Assembly (NCBI GenBank): GCA_016840165.1
Contig: JAEOSU010000064.1
Span: 1 to 26,496 of the forward strand
Direction of reading: 5' to 3'
Source: Promethearchaeota archaeon
Lineage (GTDB): Archaea; Asgardarchaeota; Lokiarchaeia; Sigyniarchaeales; SOKP01
DNA length: 26,496 nt
Below, piece after piece: positions 18,871 to 26,496 of the stretch. Made by a program: the position numbers and the translations under genes. The notes under the pieces are model-generated. The model saw only the letters and a list, made by a program, of their open reading frames with translations, searched no databases and was not told where the DNA came from. Within the stretch, counting starts at the first letter, position 1. Each line of letters opens with the position of its first letter.

Positions 18871-18925
18871 AAAACATATAAAAGGGTAAATATAATAATA
18901 TTAAATTAAATTTAGATCCAAGTTA

Positions 18926-19561
18926 ATGATGTCCGAAAACGATAATTTTAGTTTAGAAGATGGTACAATACTCATAAAATTTGCTAGAGATAATATACAA
19001 TACTATTTAGAGAATGACAGGAGGATTCCAATCCCCGAAGAGATCAAAAAGAGATTTTCAGAAAAATATGGTGCATTTGTCACCCTTAATCGTATAGATG
19101 TCCAAGGAAATCCATTAAGAGGATGTATTGGGTATATAGAACCTGTATATCCCTTATTTGATATTATTCACCGGGTTTCAATCAGTTCCGCTTTAGAGGA
19201 TCCTCGATTTCAACCTATAACTAAAGATGAATTAGATAAGATAGTAATTGAATTATCAATATTAACACCTCCCAAATTGCTTGAAGTTGATGATCCAAAT
19301 GAATATTTAAACTTGATCGTCATTGGGAGAGATGGTTTAATCGCTGAAAGGGGTATGAGAAGAGGTTTATTACTACCTCAGGTACCAGTCGATCATGGAA
19401 GGAACTGGGATGTAGAGACTTTTTTAAAGCATACCTGTAATAAAGCTTATCTCCCGAATGATGCTTGGAAAGAAAAGGATACAAAAATTTATTCATTTCA
19501 AGCAATTTTATTTGAAGAAGAAGAACCACATGGCGAAGTTAAAAGGAAATATTTAGTATAA
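18926..19561 (+). CDS. AMMECR1-domain protein (archaeal TIGR00296-type)
   Basis: GAFVTL, LRGCIG, EDPRF, IELSILT, GRDGLI, GLLLPQV. Confidence 0.93.
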   Translation: MMSENDNFSLEDGTILIKFARDNIQYYLENDRRIPIPEEIKKRFSEKYGAFVTLNRIDVQGNPLRGCIGYIEPVYPLFDIIHRVSISSALEDPRFQPITKDELDKIVIELSILTPPKLLEVDDPNEYLNLIVIGRDGLIAERGMRRGLLLPQVPVDHGRNWDVETFLKHTCNKAYLPNDAWKEKDTKIYSFQAILFEEEEPHGEVKRKYLV

Positions 19562-19589
19562 AAGCTCTCAATTTTTTTCGTGAATTGTT

Positions 19590-21098
19590 ATGAATAATCC
19601 AAAAGAAAAGATCATATCAATTGATATATCGTCAAATTCTATAAAAATAGGCTTAATTTCGGATAATTTAAGGGTAGACTACTTCACTAGACAAGATCTT
19701 AAAATATATAATGAAGATATAGACGGTTTTGCGAAAAGAATCGATATGGATGATTTATGGCATAAAATTAAAATTGGATTTAAAGAGATTACTAGAAGAT
19801 ACATATCAGATAATATTAAAATAATTGCGATCTCCACCTGTGCTCAAAGGATTGCTAGTGTTTTTTTGGATGAAGCCGGAAAAACTATTTATGGAGGACC
19901 GAATACGGACATAAGAGGTATAGATTCAGGCTATTTAATTGAAGATGCTTTCTCTGAAGAAGAATTATTTGAAATAACAGCACATAATCCCTCAATATTA
20001 TTTTGCTTAGCAAGGTTATTATGGTTCAAAGAAGAGGAGAAGGAGAGTTACGATAGAATTAAAAAAGTATTGATGCTCGACGATTGGATAGCGTATAAAC
20101 TTACGGGAATTTTCTGTACAGATTTAACGTCTTTAGCAGAGTCTCAATTAATCGATATAAAAAAAGCTAATTGGAGTTCAGAGATTATAGAAGCGTTTAA
20201 CTTAAATTATGACCTTTTTCCACCAATTGTAGATTCGGGTTCTCAGATTGGGTATTTAAAGCCAGACTTAACTCGAACCTTTGAAATAAATAATGGAAAT
20301 ATCCCTATTATTAAAAATGGAGCAGATACTCAAGCATCTTTACTAGGAATGGGCGCGATTGAAAAAGGAGATTTAGGGATTAGCATGGGAACCACCACTC
20401 CATTACATCTGGTATTAGAAAAACCCTATATTGACCCTGAATTGACTTTTTGGACGTCTTTTCATTCAATTCATAATAAATGGATTCTTGAATCTCATGC
20501 AGGTAACACTGGCTCGTTATACAATTGGTTTAAAAACTGTTTTTTAAATAGATTTTCAGAAGATTCAGATGCTCTTATAGACACATTTCTTAAAAAATCA
20601 AAGCCCGGCGCATTATCAACCTTTTCTTATTTAGGTCCTGAACTTATGAACCTTAAAAATCAAACTTCAATAAAGCGAGGAGCATTCGTATTTCCTCCTC
20701 CCATGATGATATCAGATGTATTGCCGGTGTTAGATGATTTTGCTCGAAGCATTATCGAGAATATTGCTTTTGGAATCTATGAAAATTATCAAGCACTCCA
20801 GAAATTTCAAATTTCAAAAGTATTTTGTGCAGGTGGCATGAGCAAATCAAGAGAAATTTTGAAAGTTCTCGCAAATATATTAGGTACAAATCTAATTATT
20901 CCTGAATATAAAGACTCCTCATTTATAGGAGCAGCTATGAGTGCTCTGAAGACTTTACAATACTATGAGAATTATAAATCAATTATTGATGAAAATATAA
21001 AGTTTGAAACTATAGAAAATGATGCTTCTCTTATAGAAAACTATTCACAAATATATCTACAGTGGAAAAATATTAAAAATAAGATTGATAATTTGTAA
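19590..21098 (+). CDS. FGGY-family sugar kinase, YoaC/LsrK-like subgroup
   Basis: SIDISSNS (variant phosphate-1 motif), STCAQR, PNTDIRG, DWIAYKLTG, GADTQ, GTT, AGGMSKS. Confidence 0.82.
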   Translation: MNNPKEKIISIDISSNSIKIGLISDNLRVDYFTRQDLKIYNEDIDGFAKRIDMDDLWHKIKIGFKEITRRYISDNIKIIAISTCAQRIASVFLDEAGKTIYGGPNTDIRGIDSGYLIEDAFSEEELFEITAHNPSILFCLARLLWFKEEEKESYDRIKKVLMLDDWIAYKLTGIFCTDLTSLAESQLIDIKKANWSSEIIEAFNLNYDLFPPIVDSGSQIGYLKPDLTRTFEINNGNIPIIKNGADTQASLLGMGAIEKGDLGISMGTTTPLHLVLEKPYIDPELTFWTSFHSIHNKWILESHAGNTGSLYNWFKNCFLNRFSEDSDALIDTFLKKSKPGALSTFSYLGPELMNLKNQTSIKRGAFVFPPPMMISDVLPVLDDFARSIIENIAFGIYENYQALQKFQISKVFCAGGMSKSREILKVLANILGTNLIIPEYKDSSFIGAAMSALKTLQYYENYKSIIDENIKFETIENDASLIENYSQIYLQWKNIKNKIDNL

Positions 21099-21185
21099 TA
21101 GCCTTTTTATGATATTCCATATAATTAAATTATATTATTCTATTCTTTGAATTAAATCTCAACTAAAGTTATTGGTGATAATAGG

Positions 21186-21533
21186 TTGTCTTTTAGCAAT
21201 ATAAAATCATGTTTGAAAGAAATAGAAGATCGATATAATACCAATGAAAATGTGAAAAAAAAGTTAGCTAATTATGATGAGCCAATTCAAATTACATTTC
21301 TTGATACAAATCGCTCAATCTTATTGCTAATTAATAAAGATCAAGGGATCGAAATTAAAGATAACTTTAATGATGAGAATGCGGCTGTGAAGATTGAATT
21401 CACTTCCGAAAAGGTGATGCTTGATTTATACAATAAAGAAGTCGGAGCTGTAAAAGCATACTCTACTGGAAAGATCAAGGTTGTTGAAGGAAAAATTCGA
21501 AATTTGATGAAACTTAAAAGTTTGATGTTTTAA
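21186..21533 (+). CDS. Stand-alone SCP2 sterol/lipid-carrier domain protein
   Basis: 115 aa with the SCP2 C-terminal signature AVKAYSTGKIKVVEG...LMKL..L. TTG start with GGTGA SD at 21174-21178. Confidence 0.78.
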   Translation: MSFSNIKSCLKEIEDRYNTNENVKKKLANYDEPIQITFLDTNRSILLLINKDQGIEIKDNFNDENAAVKIEFTSEKVMLDLYNKEVGAVKAYSTGKIKVVEGKIRNLMKLKSLMF

Positions 21534-21615
21534 TTAGTTATGAATCATTTTTTTGTTTAATTCATTTTGTATAAAAAAAATTTGAATCATTTAGAATAAT
21601 AGAGGTAAAAATAAC

Positions 21616-23298
21616 ATGAAAGCATTAATAACAGCTAGTCTAACTAAAAGTTCTTTAAAAGAGTTAGAAAAAATTATGGAAGTAACCTACGAGAGCTGGA
21701 GAGATACAGGAATTATATATTTTGATGCTAATGAGTTACTTGAAAAGTTAAATGGTTATGATATTTTTATTACTGCTGTTGATGATTTAAAAAAAACAGA
21801 GTTTTTTGAGCATACCGATTTGAAGCTAATTATAACTTGTAGAGGAGACCCTTTTAATTTAAACATTGAAGCTGCTAATAAAAAAAAAATACCAATCCTC
21901 TACACTCCTCTAAGGAATGTTGATGCTGTTGCGGAATTAACCATTGGATATATGATTAGCTTAGCAAGAAATGTAACAAAGTTAGATAGGTTTTTGCATT
22001 CCGAGGACTTTAGTATAATTGATTTTGAGGATTGGATTGATATTTATAATAGATTTATGGGAACAGAATTAATAAATAAGAAAGTTGGCATTATTGGTTT
22101 GGGAGAGATAGGTCGTAGAGTGGCTAAAATTACACAATCATTTGGATGTAGAAACCTAATCTTTGATCCCTATGTAAACGAAGAATTTGTAGCAGATTTT
22201 GGAGAGAAAGTAGATTTAGACAAACTTCTAAAAGAATCTGATTTCATTACGATTCACGCAAGAGCTACAGATGAGAATGATAATTTAATCGACGAAAAAA
22301 GGATTACGATGATGAAAGAAACCGCTTACCTCCTCAACTTAGCAAAAGGGAGTCTTGTTGATTATGAAGCGCTTTTTAACGCTTTAAAAGAAAAAAAGAT
22401 TGCTGGTGCGGCTTTAGATGTATTCCCTCTTGAACCAATCGATGAAGATAACAAATTCCTACAATTAGAGAATGTCATTGTGAGTCCTCATCTTGGAGGA
22501 AACACAATTGAGGTCATTCAAAGACAATCAGAAATGATCCTTAAAGGAATCAAGGCTTGGCTAAATAATGAGATTCCAGCTAATATTTTGAATCCCGAAG
22601 TATTAAACCTTCATACTAAGGAAAATATAAAATACGATAAAGATCTATTTAGTAAGAAAAAAGAGATATTAGCTATTTGTAAAAAGCTATTAGAAGAAGG
22701 ACATGTTATAGGATCCGCAGGAAACGTAAGTATGCGTGTATTATATAATAAACAAGAACTTATTTTAATTACTCCGAGCAATGTAAGATATGATACTATG
22801 AAACCTGAAGACATTTTAATAATAAATTTAGAGGGAAAAGTTATTGAAGGAGAGAGAAATCCATCTGTGGAAAAACATCTTCATTTAGGTATCTATAAAG
22901 CTCGTGATGATGTTAATGCTATAATACACTCTCACGGTATATATTCGACAATATTAAGTACTTTAAAATTATCTTTACCTCCGATCATTGAGGAGTTAGT
23001 ACCATATTTAGGAGGTGAAATCATTTGTGCTGAATATGGTGAAGCTGGTACGGAAGAATTAGCTCATAGTGTAGTGAAAAGTCTTGAAAATAAAAATGCG
23101 GTTTTACTCGCCAACCATGGAAATATTTGTTGTGGAAGCCATTTAGATGGTGCTTATATGGTTCTTAGATATTTAGAACGAGGTGCAAAAATATATTACT
23201 TAGCTAAGCTATTAAAAGATCCAACTATGCTTCCAGAAGATACTATTGATTATGAGAAAGATATTTTCGAAATTTTTAAAGAATCAAAAAAAATTTAG
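21616..23298 (+). CDS. Fusion: D-isomer-specific 2-hydroxyacid dehydrogenase (N-terminal) + class II Zn aldolase/adducin domain (C-terminal)
   Basis: N-terminal domain: AVAE, GIIGLGEIG, FDPY, AALDVF..EP, SPHLGG. C-terminal domain: GNVS.R, ITPS, PSVE..LH..IY..R.DVNAIIHSH, LLANHG. Confidence 0.92.
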   Translation: MKALITASLTKSSLKELEKIMEVTYESWRDTGIIYFDANELLEKLNGYDIFITAVDDLKKTEFFEHTDLKLIITCRGDPFNLNIEAANKKKIPILYTPLRNVDAVAELTIGYMISLARNVTKLDRFLHSEDFSIIDFEDWIDIYNRFMGTELINKKVGIIGLGEIGRRVAKITQSFGCRNLIFDPYVNEEFVADFGEKVDLDKLLKESDFITIHARATDENDNLIDEKRITMMKETAYLLNLAKGSLVDYEALFNALKEKKIAGAALDVFPLEPIDEDNKFLQLENVIVSPHLGGNTIEVIQRQSEMILKGIKAWLNNEIPANILNPEVLNLHTKENIKYDKDLFSKKKEILAICKKLLEEGHVIGSAGNVSMRVLYNKQELILITPSNVRYDTMKPEDILIINLEGKVIEGERNPSVEKHLHLGIYKARDDVNAIIHSHGIYSTILSTLKLSLPPIIEELVPYLGGEIICAEYGEAGTEELAHSVVKSLENKNAVLLANHGNICCGSHLDGAYMVLRYLERGAKIYYLAKLLKDPTMLPEDTIDYEKDIFEIFKESKKI

Positions 23299-23497
23299 TA
23301 AATCCACTAAATATTATTTAAATTTTCTTTAATTAGTTCAAATTTTCAAGATTTATAATGAATATAATAAAATTAAGCAATTATAATTAAATTATGAAAG
23401 ATTATTAAGGAATATTACTTGACTATTTAATAAATCTTAGAGGGAAAGCCTCACAATTAATATCTTAATTGCGTGAAGACAAAGGGTGAATTAAACG

Positions 23498-25567
23498 ATG
23501 GAGATAAATGGTGTTATTGTTCCCTCTTTGACCTTTTTTGACGAAAATCAAAATATAAATAATGAAGTTCAGAGTCTTTTGATAAAACATTTGCTCATAA
23601 ATGGTGCTGATGCTATACTACTTCTCAGTCTGATTGGGGAAGGCTTACTATTTTCTGACGATATCGAGCAAACATATAATTTAATTGATCTCACTTATGA
23701 AGCAACTGGAAAAAAGACACCAATTCTTTTAAATATTCTTGGAAATGATGAAGAAAATAGAATTAGTAAATTAAATGAATTCGGAAAAAAATATTCAAAC
23801 TTAGCTTTTGTCCTTCCTCCACCGCTTTATAAAAAATACTCATCTTCTGAATTGATTTCTTACTTTGAAAATATCTTTAGTTCAATTAATATAAAAAATC
23901 CTATAATACTCCATAATAATCCTATTAAGTTTCATGAGAACGAATTGACTCCTGAAATAGTTACAAAAGTAAGAGAATTTTCAAATATGAGAGGGCTCAT
24001 CGATGATTTTGAAAATATTAACTATGCCAAGTTTTATTCTTCAATCATAAGTGATAAATTTTCAATATTTTGTTCTAATGAAGGAAACTTTCAGAAATAT
24101 TTCCAAATAGTCCCTCCAGAGCATCATAAAACAAGTGGTATTGTTCCGAGCATCAGTAACTTGGTTAATTTATGCTCTAAAATTTACTATTGCGCATTAG
24201 AAGAGAAGTTATTGGAATTACACCAATACCAAGATGATTTAAATGACCTTCACACTAAAATTTATGATCCAAAAATCGATCTAGGAAAAGTACGTAGGGG
24301 TTTAAAGTATGCATTTCTTTATCTTTATAAAGATATATTATCTACTCCATTAAAATATAATTATAATATATCTCCTGAACTTCAGAGAGATTTAGATGAC
24401 ATCACGATAGGAAGAATTAATGCAACTATTAATTATTTAATTAATCAAAAATATATTTATAAGCTATATTCGCTAGGTAAACAACAGATTTATCAGCTTA
24501 ATGATATTATAAAAATTTTTTCCGATGTCAAAGTTTTGCTAAATCAAGGGAAAATTAAAAAAATAATTGGGCCTTATTCCGCAAACTTTAATACAATTTA
24601 CCGAGTAAACTTTGAGAAATCAAAAATATTATTTCGATTTCGGACTTCAGAATATTTTAGATCAGAAGAAATGATTAAAGAAAAGCTCATATTCCCCTTA
24701 TTAGATGGTACCATTAATAGTAGCGTATCTAATTTTCGAGAGATAATAAAACCCTTTCTACGTTCTAATAAAGGGGAGTATATTTTTAAGGAAAATAAAC
24801 CACCTATTATCCCTGTAAGCAACTTATTATATTATGATGAAACTAAAGAAAAAATCCCTTATAATTTCAGTATTCAAGAATATATACGCGGGAAATCTTT
24901 AAATGAGATTTTAGGGGAAAGTATGAATTTTTCAAAATCTAAATTTTTGAATCTATTTTATAATATAGGTGATATTTTAGGAAAAGTTCATAGTATAGAA
25001 TTTAATTATTTTCAAGAAACTTTATATGATATTGCTAAAGAAGGAACAGATAATTGGTTAGATATTTTTGAACCACAATTACATATAGAGATTCAAGAAT
25101 TAAGAAGAAATAAATTTGACATTGATAAAGAACTTTCCAAATATTTCAAAGAACATGAATCGCTTATAATGGATGATCAAACTCCAGTTTTAATTCATAA
25201 TGATTTTCAACTAACTAATATTATAGGAAAAGAGGAATCAGGCAAAATTAATATAACAGGGATAATTGATTTTGACGATTGGAGTATTGGAGTGAAAGCT
25301 CAAGATTTTGTAAAACTCTATTTTCTTACATTTAATGTAATCAATAACCCAGATATTCTAAATTCATTTCTAAGTGGTTATAAAAATCATCATACCATCG
25401 AACCGGATTTTGATAACAAAATTAAGCTTTACACAGCTTTTTGGTTATTAAGAATGTTAAATTATGAATCATTGAAGAAAGAAAACGAGAAACCTCTAAT
25501 CTCGAGATCTTACTCTAATGAAACAGCTTATTATCTAGAAGAATTAAAAAAAATAATATCTAATTAA
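23498..25567 (+). CDS. Fusion: degenerate DapA/NAL-family TIM barrel + aminoglycoside-phosphotransferase(APH)-like kinase
   Basis: N-terminal domain: GVIVPSLTFFD, NGADAI...GE, VLPPPLY, PIILHNNP. C-terminal domain: NTIYRV, IQEYIRG, LGKVH, LIHNDFQLTNI (Brenner motif), GIIDFDD. GGGTGA SD at 23484-23489. Confidence 0.85.
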   Translation: MEINGVIVPSLTFFDENQNINNEVQSLLIKHLLINGADAILLLSLIGEGLLFSDDIEQTYNLIDLTYEATGKKTPILLNILGNDEENRISKLNEFGKKYSNLAFVLPPPLYKKYSSSELISYFENIFSSINIKNPIILHNNPIKFHENELTPEIVTKVREFSNMRGLIDDFENINYAKFYSSIISDKFSIFCSNEGNFQKYFQIVPPEHHKTSGIVPSISNLVNLCSKIYYCALEEKLLELHQYQDDLNDLHTKIYDPKIDLGKVRRGLKYAFLYLYKDILSTPLKYNYNISPELQRDLDDITIGRINATINYLINQKYIYKLYSLGKQQIYQLNDIIKIFSDVKVLLNQGKIKKIIGPYSANFNTIYRVNFEKSKILFRFRTSEYFRSEEMIKEKLIFPLLDGTINSSVSNFREIIKPFLRSNKGEYIFKENKPPIIPVSNLLYYDETKEKIPYNFSIQEYIRGKSLNEILGESMNFSKSKFLNLFYNIGDILGKVHSIEFNYFQETLYDIAKEGTDNWLDIFEPQLHIEIQELRRNKFDIDKELSKYFKEHESLIMDDQTPVLIHNDFQLTNIIGKEESGKINITGIIDFDDWSIGVKAQDFVKLYFLTFNVINNPDILNSFLSGYKNHHTIEPDFDNKIKLYTAFWLLRMLNYESLKKENEKPLISRSYSNETAYYLEELKKIISN

Positions 25568-25571
25568 TGAT

Positions 25572-25940
25572 TTATTGATATAGAACGCATACTATTAAGG
25601 GAAAATTCCACGGAACTTTATCGCCGCTATAAATTAAGGATTTTACTTCATCCGAGGCTTCAATATTGGAATGATCTTTAAAAACTTTCCAAGAAAGTTT
25701 ACCGATTATGCCCTCATCATTTAAAATATCACTAAAATTTTCTTTAATCCCTGCCCAGTAAATCCTTTTTTTATCCATTATTTCTTTTAAATCATTCAAC
25801 TGAACTAATTTCTCCAACACAATATTCTCACTTACATTTGTAAAATATTTAGAGAATTTGCTTCCCATTTCATCGGGAGAACCTAAATTTCTATTATATA
25901 AAAACACTATTCCAATCGATTTCAATTCTATCCCATCCAA
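25572..25940 (-). CDS. Hypothetical protein
   Basis: 122-aa ORF with TTG start that fills the gap between two genes and has globular composition. No family recognised. Confidence 0.65.
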   Translation of the reverse strand: MDGIELKSIGIVFLYNRNLGSPDEMGSKFSKYFTNVSENIVLEKLVQLNDLKEIMDKKRIYWAGIKENFSDILNDEGIIGKLSWKVFKDHSNIEASDEVKSLIYSGDKVPWNFPLIVCVLYQ

Positions 25941-26036
25941 GTTAGTTTTCTTATTTATACAAATTGGGAAAAAATATTATAGGTTTAGTTTATAGAAAAT
26001 AAATAATATCATTCAAAGATTTTAAAAATTAATATT

Positions 26037-26447
26037 CTACCAAAATGCTTTTCGAAATCGGTCTATAGTTTCTTCTAAACTTCCCTCAATTTCCTCTTCA
26101 AACTTTTTAAAGATGCTTACATCATTGTCCCAATTCTTTAACATTTGCGGAGGATACAATTTAAAGAACTTTTCAACGATTTCTTTTAATTCTTCCATTA
26201 TTTTTTTTTCTTTTATTTTTTTAGAAGAATTTGCGATGAATATTAGATTGTTTTTTTTTAATAGTGTGAATCTCTTATCATGTAATTCAAAATTTGATAA
26301 ACCATCTTTTACAACCTCTTCTGCAAACGAATTTAAAGCAGAAAACAAGCTTCCAAATAACTGATCATCAAAGTTTTCATCATAAATACGATGATATAAT
26401 ACAATTCCCGCTTCTGTTAAAATCCAAATATCCTGCAGAACTTTCAC
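26037..26447 (-). CDS. Longin-like domain protein (eukaryotic signature protein type)
   Basis: IWIL..AG.VLY.R (beta-beta), D.QLFG.L.SAL.SFA (helix), three beta strands ending LIFIA, then two helices ending F..F...I. This matches the longin topology. GTG start. Confidence 0.72.
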   Translation of the reverse strand: MKVLQDIWILTEAGIVLYHRIYDENFDDQLFGSLFSALNSFAEEVVKDGLSNFELHDKRFTLLKKNNLIFIANSSKKIKEKKIMEELKEIVEKFFKLYPPQMLKNWDNDVSIFKKFEEEIEGSLEETIDRFRKAFW

Positions 26448-26496
26448 TAGATCACACCAATTATCATTAGTAATTTAAAATATAAAATAAAAAAAA

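Noticed and set aside
7012-26364. Remaining short overlapping ORFs (for example 7505-7852, 10115-11671, 13523-13729, 14985-15185, 16222-16404, 17712-17984, 18468-18728, 19320-19529, 22611-22814, 24598-24822, 26113-26364)
   Set aside because: Antisense or out-of-frame shadows of conserved genes with no independent support.
1-26496. CRISPR array, rRNA, IS elements
   Set aside because: No regularly spaced direct repeats, rRNA-like segments or transposase ORFs were seen; the window is almost fully occupied by protein genes.

Overview
AT-rich archaeal chromosomal window, most consistent with an Asgard archaeon (Lokiarchaeia/Promethearchaeota-like). The basis for that placement is archaeal FEN-1, Nob1, aIF5A, SRP54 and CDC48 genes, a tRNA with a BHB-type intron, GGTGA Shine-Dalgarno motifs, a eukaryote-type GKHGHAK in IF5A and a stand-alone longin-like protein; it is an inference. 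Left part: a partial acyl-CoA dehydrogenase, two convergent MFS transporters, an intron-containing tRNA-Pro(CGG), a glutaredoxin-like protein, a Zn-ribbon protein, an FGGY kinase, a 4-TM protein and an orphan HerA-like ATPase. Middle: a housekeeping block (small wHTH protein, cdc48, fen, nob1, NAD kinase, aIF5A, then divergently srp54, a degenerate trmY, pyrC and AMMECR1). Right part, the best candidate for an undescribed system: an atypical FGGY kinase, an SCP2 lipid carrier, a 2-hydroxyacid dehydrogenase/class II aldolase fusion, and a fusion of a catalytically dead DapA barrel to an APH-like kinase. No CRISPR array, rRNA or mobile element was recognised. All calls come from reading motifs by eye; no searches were run.
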